Shown here piece by piece: positions 42,005 through 51,937 of a stretch of 64,000 nt of DNA; positions within the stretch are counted from its first letter, which is position 1; every line of letters starts with the position of its first letter. Under the pieces are notes generated by a model. It saw only the letters and a program-made list of their open reading frames with translations, had not been told where the DNA came from and did no database searches. Both the position numbers and the translations under genes were made by a program. The DNA lies in the NCBI GenBank assembly GCA_025210735.1, contig JAOARD010000032.1:5345-69344 (forward strand), read 5' to 3'. This stretch comes from Bacteroidales bacterium. Lineage in GTDB: Bacteria > Bacteroidota > Bacteroidia > Bacteroidales > UBA6680.

Positions 42005-42030
42005 GTCGGATTACATATCAAAAAGACACA
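42005..42030 (-). promoter_or_regulatory. Candidate ECF promoter TGTGTCTT-N14-CGAC
   Basis: 40 nt upstream of the porin-like gene, directly downstream of the sigma gene. Confidence 0.55.
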
Positions 42031-42063
42031 TGAACCCGGATTTAAGATCCGGGTAGGAGAGGT

Positions 42064-42663
42064 TTATCTGTTTTTGTTTATGTCTTTCTCTATCTTGTGT
42101 AGTTGATCACATGAGGCTTTTATGGTACAGTGAGCAAAGGCACCACTCTCAGTATATTCAATGTCGCAGCATTCAAGAAACAGTTCGTGAAGTTTCTTTC
42201 TGGCACGTTGACAACGCATTTTTGTTGCAGATAGCGACAGGTTCAGTTTCTCTGCAATCTCAGACTGTTTCATGTTGTCAATATCGCTCATATATAGAGG
42301 AACACTGTATTCGTCAGGCAGAAGCTTAATCATAGGAACAATAAAATCCTCGGCAGTAATAGCAGGAATCTCATCTTCGTCAGACGATTCTATCTCTGTA
42401 TCTACATAGTTCAGAAAATCTTTTCGACGATATCTGTCGGCAATAATGTTACGGGTTACCTGAAACAACCACGCTTTAATATTATTTACCTGAAGTTGTT
42501 TGTCGTAAGCATCAATCATTCTGCCCATAACCTCCTGAGTAATATCCTTTGCAATATCAATATCGTTTACCTTTTTTATTACATAACCAAGTATTTTGTC
42601 GTAGAAATCGGATACTATATTGTGTGGATTACAACACTCTGTTTTATTGTTATTTTTAGCCAT
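42064..42663 (-). CDS. ECF sigma factor, SigZ-like (copy 2)
   Basis: DITQEV, NIKAWLFQVTRN, LSLSATKMRCQRARKKL, ECCD; start placed at MAKNN. Confidence 0.88.
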   Translation of the reverse strand: MAKNNNKTECCNPHNIVSDFYDKILGYVIKKVNDIDIAKDITQEVMGRMIDAYDKQLQVNNIKAWLFQVTRNIIADRYRRKDFLNYVDTEIESSDEDEIPAITAEDFIVPMIKLLPDEYSVPLYMSDIDNMKQSEIAEKLNLSLSATKMRCQRARKKLHELFLECCDIEYTESGAFAHCTIKASCDQLHKIEKDINKNR

Positions 42664-42729
42664 AGTAATGTTTGTTGAAAGATCCGACACCAAAATATTA
42701 ATGCCGGATCTTGTAGTTATAGTATAGTT

Positions 42730-43806
42730 TTATTTGCTGAAATATCTCTTCTTAAATTTAAGAGCTACGTTTACCAGTGCAATCATAACAGGTACCTCTA
42801 CCAGCGGACCTATTACCGCTGTAAATGCTTCGCCTGAGTTCATGCCGAATATTGCAATTGCCACAGCTATGGCAAGCTCAAAGTTATTACTGGCAGCAGT
42901 AAACGATAGAGTTGTTGTCTGCTCATAGTTAGCACCAACTTTTTTGCTCATAAAGAATGATATAATGAACATTACAATAAAGTATATTAAAAGCGGGATT
43001 GCTATAATAATAACATCAAGAGGTATCTTTACAATGTATTCGCCCTTTAAAGAGAACATTACCACTATTGTAAATAGCAGTGCAATTAGTGTTACCGGGC
43101 TTATTTTAGGTATAAATTTTGTATGATACCACTGCTTGCTTTTTACTCTTATAAGAATGAATCTGGTCAAAAAACCAGCTACAAAAGGAATACCCAGATA
43201 TATTAAAACACTTTCAGCTATCTGCCATATTGTTATATTCTCAACAGCATTATTTGTTGGAATACCAAACCATTCCGGAAGCACAGCAATAAAGAAGTAT
43301 GCGTATACGGAGAAGAAGAGTACCTGAAATATAGAGTTAAAGGCAACAAGTCCGGCTGCATATTGAGTATCACCTTTTGCCAGATCATTCCATACAATTA
43401 CCATGGCAATACATCGTGCCAGACCAATCATAATTATTCCGTACATATATGGCAGGTTGGCGTTATTTTCGCCAGGGAATATTTTGAAGAATGCTATTGC
43501 TAATATGAACATTAATACCGGACCAATAATCCAGTTTTGAATTAACGAAAGAGACAGAACTTTGTAGTTCTTAAAAACATCTCCGAGCTCCTCATATTTT
43601 ACCTTTGCAAGCGGAGGGTACATCATTAATATAAGACCTATTGCAATAGGTATATTGGTGGTGCTGTCTTCTGATGGTTTTAATGACTCCCAGAAATCGG
43701 CAATTGCAGGAAACAGATATCCTGATAATACACCAATTGCCATTGCCAGAAATATCCATAGTGTAAGATATCTGTCAAGAAATTTAAGTCGTTGTTTTGA
43801 TGGCAT
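42730..43806 (-). CDS. acr3: ACR3 family arsenite efflux transporter
   Basis: [40 protein letters not shown]. Confidence 0.97.
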   Translation of the reverse strand: MPSKQRLKFLDRYLTLWIFLAMAIGVLSGYLFPAIADFWESLKPSEDSTTNIPIAIGLILMMYPPLAKVKYEELGDVFKNYKVLSLSLIQNWIIGPVLMFILAIAFFKIFPGENNANLPYMYGIIMIGLARCIAMVIVWNDLAKGDTQYAAGLVAFNSIFQVLFFSVYAYFFIAVLPEWFGIPTNNAVENITIWQIAESVLIYLGIPFVAGFLTRFILIRVKSKQWYHTKFIPKISPVTLIALLFTIVVMFSLKGEYIVKIPLDVIIIAIPLLIYFIVMFIISFFMSKKVGANYEQTTTLSFTAASNNFELAIAVAIAIFGMNSGEAFTAVIGPLVEVPVMIALVNVALKFKKRYFSK

Positions 43807-43926
43807 ATCTTTTGAATTTAAAGTTGTTAGCTTGTTTTGTGATGAAGTGTTGTTTTTTGAAACAGGAGCCTACAGAGTGCAGACTTCCTGATTCCAAAAA
43901 ATTAATGACTAACAGACAGTTAGTTT

Positions 43927-44349
43927 CTATTTGTTCTGTGATATTTCGTTGTAAAGTTTCTTGAACTCAACACCAATCTCGTCACGTACTCTTATGAATT
44001 CACTCCAGATAAACTCATCGGTACCAGTTGCGTGCGAAGGATCATCGAATCCAATATGCAGACGATGTTTTACTTTACCCATGAATGCAGGACAAGCCTC
44101 ATTTGCTCCTCCGCATACAGTAATAACATAGTCCCACTCTTCGCCCAGATATTTCTCCACAGAGTCTGATGTGTGATTGCTTATATCAAGATCAATTTCA
44201 GCCATTGCTTTTACAGCATTTGCATTTAGTTTACCAGAAGCTTCTGTTCCTGCAGATCGTACTGTGATATTGTTGTCAAATGATTGCATAAAACCATGTG
44301 CCATTTGGCTGCGGCAACTATTGCCTGTACATAAAATTAAGATTTTCAT
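43927..44349 (-). CDS. arsC: Arsenate reductase (LMW-PTP fold)
   Basis: CTGNSCRSQMA, ITVCG..EACP, FDDP; adjacent to acr3. Confidence 0.93.
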   Translation of the reverse strand: MKILILCTGNSCRSQMAHGFMQSFDNNITVRSAGTEASGKLNANAVKAMAEIDLDISNHTSDSVEKYLGEEWDYVITVCGGANEACPAFMGKVKHRLHIGFDDPSHATGTDEFIWSEFIRVRDEIGVEFKKLYNEISQNK

Positions 44350-44350
44350 T

Positions 44351-44683
44351 TTATTCGCATTTATAATTGTTAATATTCAGATTTTTAATAAACATATTAA
44401 GTATATCAGACAGCTCTTCAACTTTCTCGGGATTCAGACAGTATTTGGTTTTTACACCATCTATATGTCCCTGAATCAGACCTGCCTCTTTCAGCTCTTT
44501 AATGTGCTGATTAACTGTTGTACGTCCCAGAGGTAATTCATCTGAAATATCTCCGGTAATACATGTTTCTGATGCAGCCAGAAACTGTAAAATTTGTAAA
44601 CGTGCAGGGTGCGATAAAGCCTTAAATAGCTTAGCGCTCTCTGTTAGTTCTTTATTGAATAGTTCTGTTTTTGATTGTACCAT
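44351..44683 (-). CDS. arsR: ArsR family repressor
   Basis: FKALSHPARL, TCITGD, TVNQHIKEL, KYCL; first gene of the ars operon. Confidence 0.92.
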   Translation of the reverse strand: MVQSKTELFNKELTESAKLFKALSHPARLQILQFLAASETCITGDISDELPLGRTTVNQHIKELKEAGLIQGHIDGVKTKYCLNPEKVEELSDILNMFIKNLNINNYKCE

Positions 44684-44696
44684 GTTTTTTAATTTT

Positions 44697-44742
44697 GACG
44701 TAAATATACGTCGTTTATTTTTAATTGACGTAAAAATACGTC
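44697..44742. promoter_or_regulatory. Tandem palindromic operator upstream of arsR
   Basis: GACGTA-N4-TACGTC at 44697-44712 and 44727-44742. Confidence 0.75.
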
Positions 44743-44831
44743 ATAAAATATTTAAGAAATTATCAACGTTTCTGTATAGGTGATTAATATCTCGTTGTAT
44801 ATGATTAATTTGACCGGAGTTTTGTATATAA

Positions 44832-44862
44832 AATAAGGGTGCTCATAAAAGGCACCCTTATT
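44832..44862 (-). terminator. Terminator downstream of the T9SS gene
   Basis: AATAAGGGTGC/GCACCCTTATT stem. Confidence 0.7.
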
Positions 44863-44884
44863 GATATTTGTTGAAGAGACTGTG

Positions 44885-47800
44885 CTATTTTTTAATGAAT
44901 ATTGCAGTGTTTATGTTATCTCTGCCTATTACTTGTAGAGTATAAACTCCAACAGGAAGGTTAGAGATATCAATTAAATCATTATTATATCTGCCCAAGA
45001 AAACAGTATTACCTGTTGTGTTAATGATTTTTACGATACTATTATTCTCAGTATTATCCAAAGTTATCTGTATAAAGTCTGACGCAGGGTTAGGCCATAG
45101 TTTGATATTTCCGGTATTGTATCCGTTTATATCAGAGGTCTGTTTTTTATCAAACTGTACCTTAAGAGTATAATCTCTGTCTATATCATTCAGATTGTAT
45201 GTGTAGATATCGTTATTCAGAGTCAGGTTTTCTGTAATTTTAACTTCGTTGAGCATAGCAGAGGTTAATTTATAACCTTCGTTTACTCTTAATGTGAACT
45301 GAACCACATCCTCTATTGTTGCAGTTGTGCTACCTGATGGTGTAACAGTACCTCCCTCGTTAAACTCAACAACTATATTATACGGTATAGCCGCAAACTC
45401 AATATCAACTGTCATATCAGATGATATATTCTGGATTGTATACTTATATGTATCATATTCCTGAACAAGTTGCTCTATAATATTTGTATTATTAAGCATG
45501 GCTTTAGATACTTTGTAACCCTTATTTGGGGTAATAGTGATTGTAAGATCATCGCCAATGGTAATGGTTTTGTTATTTGGTTTTGATGCAGAACCATTAT
45601 TGCCAGCGTTAACAGTAACAATATACTCTCTTGTTGTGAATAGTATACCAATGTTTATATCTTCAGAGATCCCTGAAAGGTTATAAGTAAAGTTGTCGCC
45701 ATCTTTTTCCGCTTCAACAGGGCTGTTATTTATAAGAAGACGATTAAGTGTGTACCCGTTATCAGGTGTAATTGTAAGTGTTTTGTTATCCTCTACTGTA
45801 ATTGTATTACCGCCGTTAACAGATGCAGAACCATTATTGCCTGATACAATTGTTATATTATATATTATTGGTGTATATGTAACAACAACAGATATATCTT
45901 CGGTTACATTGCTCAGGTTATATGTATAACTGTTTCCGCTTTGAACAGGAGATACAGCATTTCCGTTAATAGTCATACTGCTGAATGTATATCCTCTGTC
46001 AGGGGTTATAGTTAAGGTTTTTGTTTCTGCATTTGTAATGGTATTTTCTGAAGGTATTGCAACATCACCTTTGCCTGTTTGCTCTATATTTATACTATAT
46101 TTTATAAGAGAGAACTCAGCATTTAATATTCCATCTTCAGTAACACTGTTTACAGTGTATAAGTAGCTTGTATCGGTTTCTGTAAGAAGGTTAATTGGGA
46201 TCTCCGTTTGGTTATATTGTATTTTACTTATTGTATAGTGTGATTCCGGAACTATATTATAAATAAAGTTACTGTTTATTAAAGTTAATGGTTTATTTAC
46301 TACGCTACCTCCGGTGTTTGCTGAGCTCTTCATCTCATATGCTTCGATAAATTCTCCTGATATATTTATTGAAGCCGGAGTATTCTCAATAGTGTACAGA
46401 TATTTATACTCTGATTCTGATGTTCTTGTATCTCCCGGAATCTCTACCAGCTCAAGATCGTTGGTAATATCATCACCATTATATGTTGCTGAACTAACAC
46501 CATATCCATTATCTGGTTTAAATGTTACTAATGTATTTTCTCCTTCAACTATATCTGTAGGTAATATTATAGAACCATTTGCTCCGGCACTAATAGATGT
46601 ATCAATACCTTTCTCTATTGTAACAATGGCTCCTGCCATAACTCCTGATTCGTTTGTCCTTTCAGCACCAGAGATATATCCGTTTGGTGTTTTTGCTAAT
46701 GAAATACCAAGGTAAATGATATATTTTTCTGGCTCAATTATTTCAGGTGTATTACTGTTAACCCAACCGGATTCAGGTTTAGTATATTTGTGTATATAGC
46801 CATTATTATATACAGGCTCACCAATAAGTATACAGTTATTATCAAATAGTACAGATTTACCAAAATAATACCTTTTTGTATTATCTGCAGGTTTTTCAAG
46901 TTTGGCTATTTGACTGTTAGTAGTCCAGCTATCACCGGATTTCTCAAATATATAGGCAGCTCCAATACCACTGTTTTCGCGTTCAGATATTACAACCATC
47001 CTATTGTTATTAACATCCAGATTCATACCAAAATAATCATTAGCAGTTCCATCGTCAGGAGTAATAATAGTTGTCTCTGTCATATCTGTCCAACCAGATT
47101 CCGGTTTTTCAAATATATAAACAGCACCTGTTTTTGTACCATTAATTGTTGCATAAGGAGCACCTGTTACTATTGTGTTATTATCTAAATATACATCGTA
47201 ACCAATTCTTTTACCTGTGGCAGATGCTGTAAGTGTAGCTGTAGGTGTTGTAATATTTGCCCATCCCGATACCGGCTTCTCGTAAACAATTACAGATCCG
47301 CTATTAGAGTCTGTACCTGTTGCTCCAATAGCAAGTATATTACCGTTTATAGATAATGACCAACCAAAATAGTTATTTGACTTATTGTTCAAATCCAGAC
47401 GTTTTGTCTCTGTCATATTAGTCCATTCGTTACCTGTTTTCTCGAACAAGTATACATATCCATTTGATCCTGTTGCTCTGGTACCAATGGCTATAACTGA
47501 TTCATTTATATCTATTGAGTAGATATCATTTGTAAAGTCAGTAATACTTAACTCTGCTATTTTGTTCCAACTGTTATTATCCAGTTTATAGATATCAGCA
47601 CATTCATCTGTACCACTCTGTTTAGAGACTACTATATAGTTACCATATGAGGCTAAACATTTCCCAAATTTGTAATTTTTGTTTGACAGGTAGTTTTCCG
47701 GGGCACTTATTTTTGGAGTATCTTCCGGTACCCATGTTGTCCCATCATTCTTATAAACAAAAACGGCTCCGGATTCGGTATCTAAATCATCTTTATAAAA

Positions 47801-48964
47801 GGCAGATATAAATAAATTGTTGTTATTAACCATCATTCTTTGTCCGAATCTTTCCCTGTTTTTACCATTATTATCTTCTAATGTAACATCTATTTGTGTA
47901 TCAGTCCATCCTGTAACTGGCTTTTTGTGTATATATACATAACCTTTTTCGTTAGATGAACTGCCAGATAGAAACGAACTTACGAACAATATATTGTTGT
48001 TTATAAGTATCGAAAGACCAAATTGCCCTCCCTGTAATGGAACGGATGATACTATTTTTGCTTTTTTTGTAATGTTGGTCCATGTGTCATCATTATTCTC
48101 ATAAATGTAAACGGCTCCGGCATTTGTAGTTGCTCCCACAGTATTTCTGGATGCTGCTATAACAATAATGTTGTCTTTAATATCTATTGCATTTCCAAAA
48201 TTCTTTCCGTCAGCAGGAGCATCAATTTTTAATGTTTCTGTTGCATCCTGCCATCCAGATTCAGGTTTCTTAAATATAAATACAGATCCATTTGAAGAGT
48301 TGTAGTCTGGTTGACCACACAGAATAATATCGTTGTTCATTTTTATTAATCTACCAAAATAGTCGTTCTCAGAAGATGTTGATGGTATTAGTTTGGATGT
48401 TGGGCTTGAAAAGTCCCATGTATCACCACTTTTCTCATATACATAAATACACCCTTTTTTATCTTCTTCACCTGTAAGTGCAATTGTATTATTGTCCATT
48501 GCAATTCCTGATCCGAAATATTTATAGTTTCCTTCATCATATTTAGGCGCTTTTATAACTCTTGTTTCTGTCATATCTGTCCAACCGGATTCCGGTTTGT
48601 CATATACATATACAACTCCTTCGTAATCCGGTTTTTGTACATGTATAAGAATAATGTCTTCATGCATAATTACATTTGATCCATAATGCATTTCTGATAG
48701 ATCTGTTTCTGATCTTGTTAGCTTTGCAACCTTTGTTAAAGAGCCATTATTATTTTTATAGATATATACAGCAGCATTAACTGTGAGCATAGGGGTTGAT
48801 ATAGCAACATAATCGCCATATGATGCCATAGCTTGACCAAACCTAAGTTGTTCATAGGTGAGTTTTTCAGGTTCCGGGAAGATAACCTTTTTTGTAACTA
48901 GTTTTTGTCCTGCCAATGTAATTGATAAAAGCAGGATAGATGAAAGTAGAAGTATTTTTCTCAT
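44885..48964 (-). CDS. T9SS-secreted protein with FG-GAP repeats and InlB-B-like beta-sandwich repeats
   Basis: Repeated FG..V/I....GAVYIFEKP..GW; ITPD.GY repeats; C-terminal LWPNPASD...IDISNLPVGVY...FIKK sorting domain. Confidence 0.9.
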   Translation of the reverse strand: MRKILLLSSILLLSITLAGQKLVTKKVIFPEPEKLTYEQLRFGQAMASYGDYVAISTPMLTVNAAVYIYKNNNGSLTKVAKLTRSETDLSEMHYGSNVIMHEDIILIHVQKPDYEGVVYVYDKPESGWTDMTETRVIKAPKYDEGNYKYFGSGIAMDNNTIALTGEEDKKGCIYVYEKSGDTWDFSSPTSKLIPSTSSENDYFGRLIKMNNDIILCGQPDYNSSNGSVFIFKKPESGWQDATETLKIDAPADGKNFGNAIDIKDNIIVIAASRNTVGATTNAGAVYIYENNDDTWTNITKKAKIVSSVPLQGGQFGLSILINNNILFVSSFLSGSSSNEKGYVYIHKKPVTGWTDTQIDVTLEDNNGKNRERFGQRMMVNNNNLFISAFYKDDLDTESGAVFVYKNDGTTWVPEDTPKISAPENYLSNKNYKFGKCLASYGNYIVVSKQSGTDECADIYKLDNNSWNKIAELSITDFTNDIYSIDINESVIAIGTRATGSNGYVYLFEKTGNEWTNMTETKRLDLNNKSNNYFGWSLSINGNILAIGATGTDSNSGSVIVYEKPVSGWANITTPTATLTASATGKRIGYDVYLDNNTIVTGAPYATINGTKTGAVYIFEKPESGWTDMTETTIITPDDGTANDYFGMNLDVNNNRMVVISERENSGIGAAYIFEKSGDSWTTNSQIAKLEKPADNTKRYYFGKSVLFDNNCILIGEPVYNNGYIHKYTKPESGWVNSNTPEIIEPEKYIIYLGISLAKTPNGYISGAERTNESGVMAGAIVTIEKGIDTSISAGANGSIILPTDIVEGENTLVTFKPDNGYGVSSATYNGDDITNDLELVEIPGDTRTSESEYKYLYTIENTPASINISGEFIEAYEMKSSANTGGSVVNKPLTLINSNFIYNIVPESHYTISKIQYNQTEIPINLLTETDTSYLYTVNSVTEDGILNAEFSLIKYSINIEQTGKGDVAIPSENTITNAETKTLTITPDRGYTFSSMTINGNAVSPVQSGNSYTYNLSNVTEDISVVVTYTPIIYNITIVSGNNGSASVNGGNTITVEDNKTLTITPDNGYTLNRLLINNSPVEAEKDGDNFTYNLSGISEDINIGILFTTREYIVTVNAGNNGSASKPNNKTITIGDDLTITITPNKGYKVSKAMLNNTNIIEQLVQEYDTYKYTIQNISSDMTVDIEFAAIPYNIVVEFNEGGTVTPSGSTTATIEDVVQFTLRVNEGYKLTSAMLNEVKITENLTLNNDIYTYNLNDIDRDYTLKVQFDKKQTSDINGYNTGNIKLWPNPASDFIQITLDNTENNSIVKIINTTGNTVFLGRYNNDLIDISNLPVGVYTLQVIGRDNINTAIFIKK

Positions 48965-49129
48965 ACTTTTAAAATTTAATTAATAAATAGTATGAAACAT
49001 CAACTCTTTTCCCCAACTATCACAATGCAAATAAACAGACCGATGTTTCATAAATGTTCTGTTGGGATAATTAATTTAATAAAAAAAATGGATGAATAAA
49101 AGTCTATGTGTCTGAAACAAAGTGTACTG

Positions 49130-50560
49130 TCAATTAATTTTGTGATTTTTTGATAATCTGTTAATCATACCTCTGAATACTATTCCGTGCATAGGAAGTA
49201 CAGAGAACCAGTATAAACGCCCTAAAAGACCTTTTGGTCTGAATGTGGCAGTTTGTATAAGGTTATTACCATCCGTTCTGAACTCTAACCATGCCTCGCC
49301 GGGTAGTTTCATCTCTGCAAACAGGAGCAAGCGTCCCTCTTGTTTATTAGCATACAGAACACGCCAGAAATCAAGAGTATCGCCCGCATGTATTTTGTTT
49401 TGGTTTGTACGGCCTCTTCTTAATCCTACACCACCAATCATTTTATCTAACAGCCCTCTTAAACGCCACATACTGTTTGCATAGTACCATCCTGTTTTAC
49501 CTCCAATACTCCATATTTTATCAATAGAGCTTTTATAGTCAGACATCTCTCTTTTGCGAACATCCTTATAACATCCGAACTCCGGAACCTTTATATAGTC
49601 TGATATTTTGTAGTTTAACCTTCCGCTTATTGTTGAATCTTTCCAGCTTGATACAATCTCATTCTGCTCAATCTTCTTAAAAGCTCCCTTTACAGCTTCT
49701 TTGTATGTTAAAGGGGTGATGTTTAATATATCATTTATCTCTCTGCTTTTTGCAATAACCTCTATCTTCATACTGTCTACCAGTGAGGTTGCAAGTTTGT
49801 ATGAGGTTGATGTTACAAAGTATAACCAATATGACGATAGTTTTGGTGTCATTACAGGTACAGTGTATATTAGTCGTTTAAGACCTCTTACCTCTGCAAA
49901 TGATAGGAGCATCTCTTTGTATGTCAGGATTTCATCTCCGGCTATATCGTAACTGGAGTTGTACGTCTCCTGATTTCCGGCTAATCTTGTAAGTATTTTT
50001 ATTACATCGCGTATTGCAATTGGCTGGCATTTTGTTTTTAACCATTTAGGAGTAACCATTATCGGAAGTTTCTCAACCAGATCGCGAATAATCTCAAACG
50101 ATGCACTACCAGCTCCAATTATTATACCTGCACGTACTGTGGTTAGCGAGTATTCTCCCTTCTCTAACTCAACCTCTACACTTTTTCTTGATTTAAGATG
50201 TTTTGATAGTGTTTTTGAGTTTACAATACCACTAAGATATATCACCTGTTTTGCATCTGTTGTGTTTATGGCCTCTCTGAAGTTTATAGCAGATATCTTC
50301 TCCAGTTTGTCGTAGTTTCTTGATACAGACATTGAGTGTACAAGATAGTATGCAACATCTATATCTTTCGGGATGTTGTTAAGGGTCTCTCTCTTTGTAA
50401 GGTCGTTCTCTATTATCTCTATTCTGTTTTTTACAGATTCTTCCAGATTGAATTTTCCTCTATCTCTTACACAGCATATAACCTGATATCCGTTCTCTAT
50501 CAGAACAGGTAGTAATCTTTTTCCTATATATCCTGTAGCTCCTGTCAGAAGTATTTTCAT
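49130..50560 (-). CDS. NAD(P)-binding SDR-like protein with DUF2867 (YbjT-like)
   Basis: TGATGYIG, YYLVHSM, IGGKTGWYY, AEMKLPGEAWLEF. Confidence 0.9.
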   Translation of the reverse strand: MKILLTGATGYIGKRLLPVLIENGYQVICCVRDRGKFNLEESVKNRIEIIENDLTKRETLNNIPKDIDVAYYLVHSMSVSRNYDKLEKISAINFREAINTTDAKQVIYLSGIVNSKTLSKHLKSRKSVEVELEKGEYSLTTVRAGIIIGAGSASFEIIRDLVEKLPIMVTPKWLKTKCQPIAIRDVIKILTRLAGNQETYNSSYDIAGDEILTYKEMLLSFAEVRGLKRLIYTVPVMTPKLSSYWLYFVTSTSYKLATSLVDSMKIEVIAKSREINDILNITPLTYKEAVKGAFKKIEQNEIVSSWKDSTISGRLNYKISDYIKVPEFGCYKDVRKREMSDYKSSIDKIWSIGGKTGWYYANSMWRLRGLLDKMIGGVGLRRGRTNQNKIHAGDTLDFWRVLYANKQEGRLLLFAEMKLPGEAWLEFRTDGNNLIQTATFRPKGLLGRLYWFSVLPMHGIVFRGMINRLSKNHKIN

Positions 50561-50648
50561 CTATCTGTTTTTTTCTATTAATGTTCAGATGGAACTCGCA
50601 TTTTAATCATACCAGCCTGTGAGAGTTACTCAAATATTCGTTTATCAG
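50561..50648 (-). repeat. ~90-nt hairpin element, copy J
   Basis: Minus strand ...ATGATTAAAATGCGAGTTCCATCTG...AAAACAGATAG-ATG; left arm degenerate. Confidence 0.75.
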
Positions 50649-50696
50649 GTATAAATGTTGTATTAAAAGGGTTGTTTTTATATCTACTATAATATA

Positions 50697-51701
50697 TTAA
50701 TATCCATCAAGAACGTTTTTTCCTATAACTGTTCCTGACTCTTGTATTATGTGTGCTCTTATAAGTGTCTCTGCGTTTATTTTACCAAGATTTTTTGTTA
50801 CTGTAGATTTTAGTACACCACTATCTATCATAGCAGATACTCTGTTTAATAGCTCTTGTTGTCTGTTTATGTCGTGTGTATTAAACATAGATCTGGTAAA
50901 CATAAACTCCCAGCTAAAGCTAAGGGCTTTGGGTTTTATAGAGTTTATATCCAGGTTCTGTGGGTCATCAATAAGTGCAATATGTCCGCGTGGTTTTATA
51001 AGTTCTACAATAGATGTAAAGTGTTGTTCTGTTTTGTTTAGTGATACTACATATCGTGGTTCTATATTCAATGTTTTAATTTGATCTGACAGAGATTTGT
51101 GGTGATCTATTATATAATCAGCTCCCATTTTTTTAACCCATTCAGTAGTTTCAGGACGCGATGCTGTTGCAATAACTGTAAGATTAGTCAGTTTTTTTGC
51201 CAGTTGTATTAGTATTGAACCAACACCTCCGGCACCACCAATTATAAGTATATGTTCGCCTTTACCATCACCTTCGTTAATAGCAAGAGAGTCAAACAGA
51301 ATTTCCCATGCTGTAATAGATGTTAGTGGCAATCCGGCAGCCTCGGCAAAGCTTAATGATTTAGGTTTTTTCCCGACTATACGTTCATCAACAGTGTGCA
51401 GTTCTGCATTAGTTCCGGGTCTGGTTATATCGCCTGCATAGAATACCTCATCACTAATGTTGTAATCTTTTACGTTTTTGCCTATCTGTTTAACAATACC
51501 GGCAGCATCGTAACCAAGTATACCTGGTTTTTTATCTGGTGTCATTCTACTACGTACTTTTGTATCAACAGGGTTTACAGATATACCTTTAACCTGAACC
51601 AGAAGATCATTTGGCCCTACTGTAGGTTCTTCTGCTTCAAAATCTATTAATGTCTCTTGGTCGGTTATCTTACAAACGGAATTGTATCCTACTGCTTTCA
51701 T
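50697..51701 (-). CDS. Zinc-type alcohol dehydrogenase-like protein (MDR)
   Basis: [31 protein letters not shown]. Confidence 0.92.
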   Translation of the reverse strand: MKAVGYNSVCKITDQETLIDFEAEEPTVGPNDLLVQVKGISVNPVDTKVRSRMTPDKKPGILGYDAAGIVKQIGKNVKDYNISDEVFYAGDITRPGTNAELHTVDERIVGKKPKSLSFAEAAGLPLTSITAWEILFDSLAINEGDGKGEHILIIGGAGGVGSILIQLAKKLTNLTVIATASRPETTEWVKKMGADYIIDHHKSLSDQIKTLNIEPRYVVSLNKTEQHFTSIVELIKPRGHIALIDDPQNLDINSIKPKALSFSWEFMFTRSMFNTHDINRQQELLNRVSAMIDSGVLKSTVTKNLGKINAETLIRAHIIQESGTVIGKNVLDGY

Positions 51702-51766
51702 CTTTATTTGTATATTATTGTTTTAACTAATCAGTTAACAATTAATGAGGTGAAAGGTTTTGGGAG

Positions 51767-51922
51767 GACAGGATTACAGGATTGACAGGATTAACAGAAG
51801 GACAGGATGAACAGAATTTACATGATGGACAGGATTAACAGGATTTACATGATGGACAGGATGACAGGATTTACAAGATTATAGGATAGGAGGAGAGGGT
51901 GTTGTGGTGGTTACACCCTCTC
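51767..51922. repeat. 8-9-bp ACAGGAT(T/G)N tandem repeat (~14 units) plus GAGAGGG hairpin
   Basis: ACAGGATT/ACAGGATG units, then GAGAGGGTGT...ACACCCTCTC. Confidence 0.9.
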
Positions 51923-51937
51923 TGTTTGGATTGTAGG

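Noticed and set aside
44341-44372. AACAATTATAAATGCGAA at the arsR/arsC junction resembling parts of the hairpin element
   Set aside because: Short AT-rich match inside coding sequence with no partner arm; could be chance.
32297-44800. Arsenic cluster as an element integrated at tRNA-Leu
   Set aside because: No integrase and no duplicated tRNA 3' end were found at the far side; adjacency alone is insufficient.
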